From Chlorokybus atmophyticus (lineage: Eukaryota; Plantae; Mesostigma and Chlorokybus algae): a stretch of 64,000 nucleotides of DNA. The DNA lies in contig RHPI01000193.1 in NCBI GenBank assembly GCA_009103225.1, forward strand, positions 349,612-413,611. The letters run 5' to 3'. Position numbers and translations under genes: made by a program. The notes beneath the pieces were generated by a model, which searched no databases, was not told where the DNA came from, and saw only the letters and a list, made by a program, of their open reading frames with translations. Below, one piece after another: positions 1-11,370 of this stretch (its first letter is position 1; the number at the start of each line of letters is the position of its first letter).

Positions 1-1147
1 GCTGCAAGATGTAGTTGATAGTGCTGAGGCATTGCAGATGACCATTGCACAAGATGAGTGGCATGTGCAATTTGGGAATGATGATGAGGCATAGGCGGTC
101 GCTGACATTGTGCGATCCCCAACTTTTTTGCTAAACGCATCGGCGGCGTTACAATTACTAGCGCCCATCAGAGACCTCATTCACTTTGTAGAAGCAGATT
201 GTCCTTTCATCTCTCAAGTTGTGCCTATGTGGTCATCCATCAAAGACCACGTAAAGAAGGTTGGTGCTCATGCCACAACCAGTTGCATGAATCATGCAGA
301 TATTGTTGTCGCAAACACTAATAAGCTGGTTGTGGCAGTGGTGCACAGAGCACTTCTATGAGGAGAGCACTGTTTCACGCATTGTGCAGAGTGGCTGGAA
401 GAAGTGCAAGCATCCGGCATACTACCTCGCATATGTCCTTTTTCCAAACAACCGTGTCCAGGACGGCACGTGTGAGAGGTGTGAATCAGCTTGTTATGGC
501 ATGTTTGTTGCTAGCTTAATGCACATCAAGATGTACAGCTGCACTTTGTGCACTTGTGGTCGGCACGGAGCTGACTGACTGTTGCTATACAGGTATTTGC
601 CACCTTTCGCCCAGCTTGACAACGCACAGCTCGAGCTTCTCGAGAAGGAGCTGCACCGCTTGGTTGGCGTAGTCCGGAACTCCTAAGAAGGAGTGGCATT
701 GCACAAGGTGCTGATGGCATTTTTTGCTCATGGGTTGAGCTGGAGATGTTGATGCGGTTCACTTTAATAAGGGACAGCTTAATCCAAAGTTAAAGCAACC
801 CATGTGCGTCAGCGTAGAAGTATGCAGGATGTGCTGGAGTGGGGATGCGAGATACCTCTCTGAAGAAGGTAGCGGTTGTATTATCTTCCATGCACGCTAC
901 GTCATGCTCGCCAGAGTGCAACAACTCCGTCTGGCGCTGGGTGTACCGCGACAACCGCGGCAGTCTGATGTTGGAGCGAGCAAGCAAGATGGTGTTCATC
1001 AACAGCTTCTATGCATTGCTTGATCGCGTGGCAGATCCCGACTACGACCGCCTTCGAATTGTTGTGCACGCCTTTGAGCGAGGAGGCACGACGCTTCGAG
1101 TCACATTTGCGAGGCGTGCGGTGATGAGGATGAGGTTATTACCTTAG
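1..1147 (+). mobile_element. Degenerate hAT-superfamily transposase (3' half with C-terminal dimerisation region), runs off the left window edge
   Basis: Broken frames give LLAPIRDLIHFVEADCPFISQVVPMWSSIK (110-361), KKCKHPAYYLAYVL (294-578) and LKKVAVVLSSMHATSCSPECNNSVWRWVYRDNRGSLMLERASKMVFIN (839-1147). These match hAT hallmarks (P.I..lE.d; hPa..lA..LdP; L..vA..lLs.haTS...ER..S....R..L...A.K+vfi.N). Stops and frameshifts are present. Confidence 0.72.
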
Positions 1148-1825
1148 AGTAGTACAGTGCAGCTGGTTGAATGCCATACATAGTGCACTGCATTGTGCTC
1201 GTCATTGTATGCATTTTTATGTATGTTGGCATGCATGTTGGTTCGTTCGTTCCCGATGGTTCGTTTGCTGCCATCCGCAAATGTTGCTTGCTTTGTTCTG
1301 TAAGAACAAAATGTGGTTATAAAAACGAAAATATGACAATATGGTTTAGGTTCTTGTTCGTTGTTCATTCGGCCATGCCCAAACCTAGATTCGTACCGAG
1401 CCCTAATTATGAGGCTCGTGAGGAATGCATAGATGCCGAGTGTGCGCACATGTGGCCACAATATTGGCGTTATGTTTACACACATTTGCAACACGTTGTG
1501 CTATTACTCATACACATACAATAGCCTACAGCAACAGCTAAGTTATTAATATGTTGTACATCATTCAAAGTCCTGACAATGCCACACTTGACAGATAGTG
1601 TAGCAGCCATGGAATTAACGGTTGAGATTAAGCAGAAAAGCAAATTGGGGGTCACACATGCCATAACGGCATGGGTGACAACCCCGTTTGCAATTATAGA
1701 TGGACATGTGGTAGATATGACGAATAGCATGCACATGGCGCATGATAGCCAACCAATAAAGCAGTTGTGTTGATGCATGTGGATAAGCGTGCGAGTGTGT
1801 GTGTAACCTATAAAAACACTCGCAC

Positions 1826-1892
1826 ATAGCTTGGTGGAATAGTACTTTTTGCACACTGCCAGAATGCAAGAAGTACTATTCCACCAAGCTAT
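1826..1892. repeat. Inverted repeat/hairpin: 28-bp arms (1 mismatch), 11-nt loop
   Basis: atagcttggtggaatagtactttttgca (1826-1853) pairs with tgcaagaagtactattccaccaagctat (1865-1892); loop cactgccagaa. Confidence 0.95.
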
Positions 1893-2220
1893 ATGAAGAA
1901 CTTGAAGGGCTGCAAGATCCTACTTAAATTCTACCCATAGCTCGTGATAACCAAGCAACCATGAGATAGACCCCACAAGTTATGTTCAAGCTGCTGCTAC
2001 AGCATCATAAGACCTTCAATGCACATTATGGTTTCAAACATTATTTCAAGCTGCCACATCTCTACCGAACATGGAAGCTACACAAGTCATTGCCTAATCA
2101 TATGTTTATAGTTGCATTGTTTTAAACCACTCCATCAACGGTGTTGCATTTGTTGACAAAGGCTTATAAAGCATCCTTGCGGATGTTGAGAGCAGCATTT
2201 CGTAACAACTGGTACCACTA
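1865..2220 (+). mobile_element. Penelope-like element (PLE) reverse-transcriptase N-terminal fragment, decayed
   Basis: Translates as CKKYYSTKLYEEL...FKLPHLYRTWKLHKSLPNHMFIVALF*TTPSTVLHLLTKAYKA. This resembles the PLE pre-RT motif (CK.yY...l..EL ... LPylYw.pKlHK.P...RfIa.s..c.tkpls.lLTk.L). In-frame stops are present. Confidence 0.55.
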
Positions 2221-3229
2221 TTATGAGACATTCATGGGTGATGCAAGACACATGGTCGTTTTATTGACCGGCCTTTAACACACTAATACGATAATGAAAG
2301 TATTGCAAAAAACAAAACATGAATGCATTATTGCAAATGTTTGATTTCCGAATATGGTGTACTAGAGTATAGTATACGATGTTCCAAGGTGGATAGTATA
2401 CTAGTATACTAGCCATTTAGAGAATGTTGAAACAAGCATGACCCGTTCATTTCGATGATACTTTGATTCAGTAGGAGCACACGAGTATCAAGAATAACTA
2501 TTTTAAACATCGTCACCGATCAGCAAGCAATGAAATTTAATTGTGAAGCGTCGCGTGAAGGGGCGAAGGCGCAGGCGGCCAGCTTGCAGAAACAATTGTG
2601 CAGTTGATTGCTAGTGGTTGATATATTGACTCATCGAGCAAATGGTTTTGGTAAGTGATTGAGAGCGTTAGAGCGTGAGAGAGTGAACATGTGAGTGAGT
2701 GACTCAAGGGGATGATTGCATGTTATGCAGCATAAGCAAGGGTCTCCAAGACCTGCTCCACAACGCTGTGGAAACATTCAGGATTATGAACATTTTAGAG
2801 CTCTTTGGGGAGAATCTTGGAAACATTTGTGTTTAACGACAACATAAAAACACAAATGTTGTTAAGTGTTTGAAAACACATATGTTGTTGGATGTCAAGC
2901 AACATTTTGCAGCGTTGCCTTAACCATGCTATTGTTGCAACAGCAACGTTGCAAGAACTCTGTAGGACATTACAGCAGTGCCATTGTATGTCTTCATGGC
3001 GTGTTGTCAGCAGCAAACCCATACATTGAATTGCAGAATACACACAGCAAAGTTTGGCGAGTTGTGCAAAGTGAAACTGCATGGACATGGCATTCAAGTT
3101 TGAAAGTTTAAAAAGGAGTCAACTTCAAGTTGCCAACTTGAGCAGTGCTGGTACTATTGGTATTTGGCTAGCAGCTCTAAGCTATTAGGCACAACTCTTG
3201 GTATTGTGCTACCCACTCAGCACTAAGGC

Positions 3230-5500
3230 TTGCAGTCAGTGTAGGCTACCCATCGCTCTTCCCAGCCAGCACCCACAGGCTCCAAGGCACTGCGCCGTGC
3301 ACCGCCCAACAAGAGACGCTCGCGGTCGCGTACACCATTGTAGTACTCTGGGCAGTTGCCATCCAGATGCGTGCGTCCTCGCAGGGTCCATTCCATCTGC
3401 AAAGAGGTCATTGTTAAATGGTATGCCCAACATGTCAGATCATTGCATTGAATGCAATGCCCTGATGCTGGTGCAATGCTAGGTGGAGCCTTACCACCAC
3501 TTCAGTAAAGGCAATGTCACTCAGAGTGCAGGCAATCTTGTTGTTGACTGGCTTTCTGGCATTGCAGAATGTGGCACACATGATCTTGATCCAACCGGGA
3601 TGGCCCCAGTCGTCTGTGCTTGTCGCTCTGTAGCGGTTGTTCTCGAGCCAGTCGGCAAGTGGAGGTGGGTACTCGGAGTCACACATCTCGCGCAGCTTGG
3701 CGCGTGCCCGGTATGTCCATCGACCACACTTGAGTGAACACATGCGGGTCACAGCAACTGCCAACCCTCGTGGGATGTCAAGGTTCTGCAGGCACACAAA
3801 TGGCAGTGGTCAACATGTGAATACTACGCACTTGTCATTCAAGCATGTATGCTGAGCACTCACATCCTGGAACTCATTGTCCTCTTCGCCAACGCTAAAG
3901 GTGCGCACGAGCACCTCCACTATGTGCCTTCTCTTGGAGAACTTTTGATGTGCCACCATGCGGTCGACAGCTTTGTTGAGGCAATGCTGCCAGGTCAGAG
4001 GATGAGAGTACTCTACATGAGCAGCAATCAAGGTCATACTTTGGGATGGCATTTGTCATGCTTGCAGCGTACATGTATGAGCTGTTTATGCGTTAGCTGT
4101 GCTTCCTGTGGCTCAGAGCGCCCACTCAGAGCGCCCAAGCAAAACAGGAGGTTTGTATTACTCACATGCCACAGTGTGAAACCAACCAGCGATCAGAGCA
4201 ACGGAAGAGTGATAACCATGTAGTACAGAGTCCCCACACTGCCTTGCAGTGGCTTTGCTGTTCAACCACAGACAGCACTGTTAGATCAGACATGCAACAG
4301 AACAGCAACGGCAATGGCAAACCACATCACCTCATTCAATCATGAAAACTCCACGTGCGCAAACGTACTCAAGGTTTTCTCACCTTGGCTGAGCTCAGCT
4401 GGCCCACAAGGCCGCAGTTGGTCATCGCCAGCGGGGCATCCTCAGTTGGCTAAGCAACAGAAAGTTCTCCGGTTTCAAGGCGCGATGAACTATCACTTTC
4501 AGATGGCACAAAGCCACCAATTGCCAAAGCATGCAATGCGATGGTTGGACAAAGCTGAACTGAGTTACAAGCGACGCGACTATCAAGCTTCCTGCTATTT
4601 CATGAAGCCTGCAGACTGGTTGACAATATAGGAGACAAGACGAGGAAGAACTTTAGATTTTGCAAGGACTTGCAGGACCTGCCGCGCGATGGCTTTGGCA
4701 TCTTTCTCAATGTAGTGTCCCCTGACATGAAGTTGTAGCATGATATTGCCGGGCAATGCTGAGGACTCGTCTCAGGCCAAGAATCAGACTGTGGCATGTA
4801 ATATACCTGTTTAAAGTGTGGTCCAACAGCTTGCCATCCGTGAAAATCCTCTCACAGCAAACGACAGCGACTCTGTTGCTGTCATCCACTGTTGGTGCCC
4901 GTGCATACAATCTGCTACTACCATACGAGGTGGTTCACTCATGCAACGCATGATGAGCGAGCGAGCTTGCTGTGTTAACTCCATGACAACTGTACACAAG
5001 AGGTTGTCCTCATGTGCATTGCGCATGTGCACGACATGACCGTGGCCCGCGGAACTTGTACATCACGTCCACCTCCCACTTGAGGCACTCTGTTCATCCC
5101 CTCTGCATGCAGCGCAAACAACGACAAAGTGACTTTCACCATCTGACACAGCGCAGGGCATAACCAGTAACAACAATACCAACGGTGTCAACCCACACAT
5201 GATGTATGAAGTGTATGCAAGCCCCAATCACATACCATGCATGCGTGGAACACCAGTTCTGGTGGGATGAGGAGCACGAGTGCCAAAGGCCCTTTGCCGA
5301 GCGATCGCACTTGATTGTTGGTATGTAAATGCACGCCATGCACACACAGTCTGTGTCAAATAGGACAACACATAACCATAAAGTACCATGCTCAGCCATT
5401 CCTCCACCTCACGACCCAACACTGCTGCCAATGCCGTCATGCATTGGCTGTATTCTCTCGCTTACACTTGGGGAAATTCTTTGTGGTGACAAGGCATTGG
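3230..5500 (-). pseudogene. Decayed, intron-retaining calcium-dependent protein kinase (CDPK; resembles the CPK16/18/28-CRK branch)
   Basis: Colinear relics on the minus strand: LGKG(A)FGT Gly-loop with a 1-nt deletion (about 5300-5270); LKWEVDVM / GHGHVVHMRNAHEDNLLCTVVMEL (5100-4975); RGHYIEKDAKAIARQVLQV (about 4725-4670); IVHRALKPENFLL (4493-4455, catalytic GAC changed to GCC); EDAPLAMTNCGL (DFG relic); LQGSVGTLYYM (about 4250-4218); junction-like AVDRMVAHQKFSKRR..EEDNEFQD (about 3980-3870); EF-hand-like DIAFTEVV..LHLALHQ (about 3520-3465). Many frameshifts and stops. Confidence 0.72.
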
Positions 5501-8183
5501 TTGGGGAAGAGGTCCATCACCAGGTGTCCAGCAGCACAGCCATCCTGCCTTGTGGGCTGGGCTCCGCTGGTAGCAAGTCCGCACGACCCAGAGGTCGTTG
5601 CCACCGCCACCGCCTCCGCCAACAATCACACCAGCCAGAAACGTTTGCAAGTGCAATGCATCGTACCCAAGCACGGACCCCGCTCGTTCCTTCACGGGGA
5701 AAGCGAGATGGCTATGCGCGCTGCTGGGTGCAAGCACGCACAACCCTGCAAACCACTATACTTGTTAAGCACTGAGCGGATGCATGATGACAACTGTGCT
5801 GGTGAAAGGTAGAGCAAGCAACAGCCGGAGAGGGACTTGTCAGTTGGTCCCCAAACTTACCAGGGGCGTGTCCAGAACCTGCAGCACGCGCAAGGATGAC
5901 AGGTCCAGGACGCTCATAGTGCCCTTCAACACAACTACCGGCCTGTTCGCAACCGAACTCAGCACTTGAAACGCTATGAGCCAACAAACAAACAGTTGTC
6001 ACAGACACACATGCACGGGCAGGCTTGCATGCACATATGTACGTGCGTAGGCACATTCACACGTAGACACACGTGCAAGCGTGTGCGCACGTGCGCATAC
6101 ACATGCCAGCGCACATGCGAGTGCGTGCATGCATGTTGTTACTCATTACACACCTGATTAAGTGCACATTTTTGGTGAATGTATACCACAAAGTGGAGCA
6201 GAGGCACCACAGAAGCTGGACATGATGAGAATGTTGGATGCTTTGTGTATTAAACACCACGCAAACAGCTGCAAACGCCCATGCACTTAAAACCAACGCT
6301 TGCACACAATGCCGCGCACAGTGTCGGTGAATGATGTGCGTGCCTTCATGGACAGCATTACCGTCTGCGGATGAGTCTGACAGCAAGGACGACGGACATG
6401 AAGCTGAGGCTGGTAATGGCGGTGTTGATGGCCATGTTTAACAACCGCCACAACACGTACGTGGATAGCACCAGCTGCAGATGAACATCGCGAGGTATGA
6501 GCGCAACGTGCTAGTGGCAGTCGTTGCGGTTGAACTTAAACACACATGCGCGCGCGCCTTATTGCAGTGCACGCGGTTGCAGTGCAACTAACTTGGCAGA
6601 TGTAGAAGTTGTGCATGTGTGAAACCAAGCTGAACATACCATGTGGCCGCGACCGCAACCATTGCCAACAAGATTGGTGCAAAACAACATCTCCAATATG
6701 CGCATTGCGTCATCAGCTGCGCAACACAATTTTTAATCCTATAAGCACAAATGGGAACGCAATACGACAAGGTGTTAGAACAGCATCAGCTCACTCACAT
6801 TTGCAGAATGCGCCCGAGAGCAAAATGCGCCCAAAGCGCATTTGTAAACTTCAAACCCCTGGTTTGTCGCCACTGAGATGCCGCGTGTGTTGACACCACA
6901 TGCACGGAATAAAGTGAGCATGCCCAGCATTACAATGCAACAGCAACATCTCCAACCCAGCATGCAAGGAAGTCAGCTGAAGCAAGCGGAACAACCAGTT
7001 ACAAGCGAGCAAGCAAGCAGGCAGGGGCAACTCTAGCAGCATGGCTGGCGAAACTCCTTACCCAATTCAAACAAACGGAACAGCATAAAAAGCAAGGAGG
7101 CAACTGGCTTCGCTTACTGATTGTCATACCATAGTCACCTGCAATCTTGGTGAAGGCAATGTGCTGCGCGCGCTGCGACTTTGCCGACACGTTCATCTCG
7201 CCGCCTCCTGCAGTAGGCGGGTGCGTGCCAACAACAACAATGACGGGAACGGCGACAACAGCAACCACACCGACGCCAGCACCAACGCTACGCAACACAG
7301 AGACGGAGTCGCCTATAGCATGCTCAGCAGCAGCCGCAAATCTCAAACTGTGCTACAAGTGCTGCAACAGCTGGTCAAATCATACCAAGATTGACTTGAC
7401 AGGGGAACGCATGAGTAGGTTTCGTCAAAGCAGCTCCTGCCTGAACCTTGCTGAAGCTTAAGGCCAAGCTACCTTATCAGCCAGGAGTCAGCAGGCCACT
7501 TAGCCTTGCCGAACGTTCTAGTCAGCGGGAAATATGGCTCCTGTATGACATTGCTGCCGGTGTTGTTGTTGCTGTGACCATTGGTGGCGGTATCGTCGAT
7601 GGCGGCGGCGGCGAGGGTAGTCAGGGGTAGCGCTTGTAGGCGCTTTCCAGCGGCTGCTGTCATCGTTGGCGGTAGCGACGGCGGAGGAGGAGGAGGCGGA
7701 GGGCTTTCAAGAGCAGGCCAAGCAGCAGGCGCTCTATCTGCCACCAGCAGAATGCGCACGTTGGCACGGGCGTTTCGCACTGCGTCCGTGCACCGGCGTT
7801 CCCCCCAATCCTCCGCTGAAACTGCTCACGCAGGCCCCCGTTTTGAGAGCGGAGGTAAGCGCGCGTGGTGGGTGACAGAATTTCATCACGTCTAACAAGG
7901 CTACCGTGTTTACCCCGTCAGGTCCCCCCCCCCCCTTCCAGTCCCCCCTTGGCAAGGTTGCGGGGGGGACTGCATACATGCATTCGAGTCTCCCCTCCCT
8001 TTTGTGTCCCCCCTCAAAGGAGACAGTAAGAATACATAATGCATGTTACATCATGTTTCTTATGTTATCAGCACAATAAACATGCAAATCATGCATATCT
8101 TTTGATTTCGTCGATGTAAACTTGAGAGATGCACTCGAAAGCGATAATTACGCATGTAAAAGGCCAAAGTATATCGTAGTATA

Positions 8184-8617
8184 TCATATTCACTCAAACA
8201 CAGCGCCCCCTCGAATACAGCAGCCCCCTGTTAAATCGGGGGGGCACTTTTGTTTTAACCTTACAATGCCCCTTCCTTGTATACAGTGCCCCCTCCGCCT
8301 GCAGGCGGGAAAAAAAGGGGCTTATACGGGCAAAAACCGGCCATTATTGAAGTATCTACGGTTCAGATACAGCAAACACCACAATGCGCGGCGTATTTGC
8401 TGTAGTTACGTGTATCAGACGGTGATTTGACCAAAATATGAGATTTGGGTGAAAATGTTGCACATCACGGTGAAAATTTTGAAGTCTGGTGGGTTGCGTC
8501 ATGTCTTGCGGATGACCCTGCTACACAATTCTATGCCCCCCAGCTATGAGAACGCCCCCCCAAATAGAACAGCCCCCCCTCAAAAACGAGGGGGGCACTG
8601 CGTTCAGGTGAATACGG
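8184..8617. mobile_element. Nested MITE with about 30-bp imperfect TIRs and TA flanks
   Basis: Left TA|tcatattcactcaaacacagcgccccctcg; right end rc TA|ccgtattcacctgaacgcagtgccccc..tcg; internal cag(t/c)gccccc subterminal motifs. Confidence 0.6.
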
Positions 8618-8926
8618 TAGGTGAAATGAGCATCCTTTTATAGGCTAGTGGTGCGATGCCATTAACCATAGAGTGCATTAGACGGCCACGCCCATTCTGC
8701 ACCTGCAGACTCGTTGCGTCAATTGAAGCCCTGTCGGTGTCTATTAGTCGATCGTAACAGCATTAACTAATCGTGAAAGGCGTGACGCACGCACGCATCA
8801 CGCCAACCAAGCATGCCTCGTCATTGCAATGTGACAAAGCTTGACGCTAGGCGACTTCGGTTATATAATAAAGTCTTTCCCGATCGTAATAGAGTCCTCC
8901 CCTGAATACCCCCCCCCCCCCCCCCC

Positions 8927-9102
8927 NNNNNNNNNNNNNNNNNNNNNNNNNNNNNNNNNNNNNNNNNNNNNNNNNNNNNNNNNNNNNNNNNNNNNNNNNN
9001 NNNNNNNNNNNNNNNNNNNNNNNNNNNNNNNNNNNNNNNNNNNNNNNNNNNNNNNNNNNNNNNNNNNNNNNNNNNNNNNNNNNNNNNNNNNNNNNNNNNN
9101 NN
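8927..9102. other. Assembly gap (N run) after a poly-C tract
   Basis: Run of n characters. Confidence 0.99.
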
Positions 9103-10049
9103 CTCCGATGACGAAATTGAGGGGGGGATTATTTAGAAAGGGGGGACTCTGATGGGGTGAATGCGGTACCGGTAACGCGCTATGAAGGTTTGGGCGGTGC
9201 ATTGTCGTGGTTTGACGGTTACTTTCGCAGGGGACTTTGCAGAGCATTATAAAAAACGCAGCCGATTGAACTCAACGATTTGCACCTCTTCTTGGCATCG
9301 TTGTCGCGGTGGTCATCACTGCTGGCGGCGCCGCACACTTTTACGGCAGGCGGCATATCAATGCTTAGTACGGCAGGAAGCTTCGCGAGATAGCGGAACT
9401 TGCGTCGCGAGAAAGAATTGCGTGCGACCGTCGAGCAGGCGAGTGAATTGTGTGACAGTATTCATGAAGCAGCATAGCCACCTTTTTAAGGAGTTCGCTC
9501 CCCATCAGAAAGAGTTTTGTGAGATGGACGCCATGGTCGCGGCGAAGCATGCCGATGCGCAAAAGCTACAAAGGTAAACTTTGTAGTCTTATGTAAAATA
9601 AGGGTTGTAGTACAATGTATACGGAGTTGATTGCATTCAACTAGTTCAATTGCTAACCATCCACGCATTGTTTGCAACGGTGTCACATTTTAACTTTGTA
9701 AATGAGTGATATACATTATACCTGTTAAAGTGTGTACATGATATGCATATTCAATTAATTGAAGCAGCTCATAAAACACTTTAGCAAGTTGAAGACTCTT
9801 GAATGCTTTTCTACAAGCATTAACATGAAGGTTACCACCGAGTGTTTGGTCAACACTATTAAATCACTTTATGCCTACTAATAATGGCTCGCATGTTGTA
9901 GTCGTGGTGTCGGCGACTTTGGTGTGGAAGAGTTGAAGGTAAGGCAATTCATAAGCGTGCTACTAGTATTATATATATATATATTACAATGCTGCGGCGC
10001 CAACCAAGGTGAGCCACTTGCTCTCCTCTGCTAAGATCGGGTATATCTC

Positions 10050-10420
10050 TCCCTTGGTGTTAGTAACAGTGTGCCCGCTTGCAGGCAATCTTTAAAGCAG
10101 TATCCATTATGTTTAACATGATCAAAGCCGCAAACTGGCACTCTATCCGAAGATCGCTTCCAGGTGAGTCTCACGGTTAAGCATGCACATGTGGACCAGA
10201 GCAGCACATGAATGTCATAACGTGTTAGGGGTGCAGGTGAAGGTGTTAAAGTCTGCCATATGCATGAAGCGGTCGTACTCCACCACCTCATCAGACGGAA
10301 GTCTGCTCACCCTCAGGTCGCAACAATTGTTGAAAGCTGTTGCCGAATTATCGAGCGAGAGAGAGTTGCCAACCAATTCCCGTTGGTTACTTATGCCACA
10401 ACATGACTGTAACAACCACT
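10050..10420 (-). mobile_element. Possible Penelope-like RT fragment (motif A region)
   Basis: ..LDNSATAFN..RFMHMADFNTFTCTPNTL*HSCAALVHMCMLNRETHLEAIF resembles PLE ikNS.e...tfDFstLYT.ipH..L...l..li...F; heavily decayed. Confidence 0.35.
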
Positions 10421-10756
10421 AGGTCATTGTAGCAAAAGCGCTACGATAAGGGGAGGCGTCAAGGGTTTATGATTTTTTTACAGTCATCACGTGACATTCT
10501 TCCCGCTATTAACCCGCGGCAACCGATGCGCGTCCCGGTACCGGCAAGGTATCAAGGCCGCGCGACTCGCGCGTTGATCTAATGGCCGAAAGCATCAAGC
10601 ATAGTCGCCATTCTCACTTGTCCGCATGCAGTGAGATTCAAACCTATGCCCCAAGTTCCAAATACCAATGTAACAACCACTAGGTCATCGTAGCAAAAGC
10701 ACTACGATGAGAGAAGGCGTCAAGGATTCATGGTGTTTTAGTAGTCACCACGTGAC
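10408..10756. repeat. Pair of about 88-bp direct repeats (10408-10495, 10669-10756), each with an internal hairpin
   Basis: tgtaacaaccactaggtcat(t/c)gtagcaaaagc(g/a)ctacgat(a/g)a...ggcgtcaagg...cacgtgac occurs twice; copy 2 has a perfect 9-bp stem tcatcgtag/ctacgatga. Confidence 0.9.
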
Positions 10757-10949
10757 GGCTTGCTTCACTCCACCTATAACGTCACACTATGCCATATTTG
10801 TGCGGATTTATTGAACAATATATGCATTTGCACATGCATGTCCACATAGAGAGATTGCATTAAAGTCGCAGAGTTAGGTAGCTGTTGACTTACAACTATG
10901 ATTGATTAAAGGTCATGATAAAAAGCTTAGTCCAAGCTTTTGTAACTCT

Positions 10950-11215
10950 TGTGCAACTTTATAACAAAACTTACGTCATGCTATAATGGTGAAGAGTTTG
11001 AGAAAGAGAGGTGGTATCACCACGATCCGCCCATGTGCACTCGATACGTGATATGAGATACAATAAACTCCCCCCATGTTGGCAACCATTTGACCACATT
11101 TAGCAAGTAGAAATGATGGTTGTATTGACTCACAGGTTGCTGAAGAGTCATTCTCAATCACTAACTCCATAAAGTCGTCCATTTTCATCGACAACGAACA
11201 CGCATGCATAAAACA
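10950..11215 (-). mobile_element. Possible Penelope-like RT fragment (motif B/C region)
   Basis: MKMDDFMELVIEN...KCGQMVANM..YCISY followed by a RYIDDV-like relic (cattatagcatgacgta, 10988-10972). Resembles PLE ..ell.flidN...MGtncaP.lAnlfL..yE...RYIDD. Confidence 0.35.
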
Positions 11216-11370
11216 AGGTCAAGGGCAAGCAATGTGAGCATGTGGAGTACCACAAGATTCATGTTGACGCATGCGTGTATGTGGTCCATATCATGCAAGT
11301 TAGGAAAGAGTAACTTTTTCACGTATTCGTATCCATACATGCACACAATATCTACCACGCAAACTCTTTA

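Larger units (their letters stand above)
7904..9166. mobile_element. Non-autonomous pogo/Tc1-mariner-type element (MITE-like), TA target duplication, contains a nested element and an assembly gap
   Basis: Left TA|ccgtgtttaccccgtcaggtcccccc (TA 7902-3); the right end reverse-complements to TA|ccgcattcaccccatcagagtcccccc (TA 9167-8). No transposase ORF. Confidence 0.62.

Noticed and set aside
2395-2412. 18-bp palindrome tagtatactagtatacta
   Set aside because: Low-complexity (tagtatac)2 duplication in AT-rich sequence; plausible by slippage.
3230-5050. KDZ/CxC transposase reading (VVADCMHG..ES; YxF-CQ)
   Set aside because: The same interval is explained far better by colinear kinase subdomains (HRxLKPENF, VMEL, LGKGxFG, EF-hand), so the KDZ-like words are chance or intronic.
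10675-10715. Helitron 3' end (hairpin followed by CTAG on the minus strand)
   Set aside because: Homology between the two repeat copies continues past CTAG, and the hairpin-CTAG spacing is only 1 nt.
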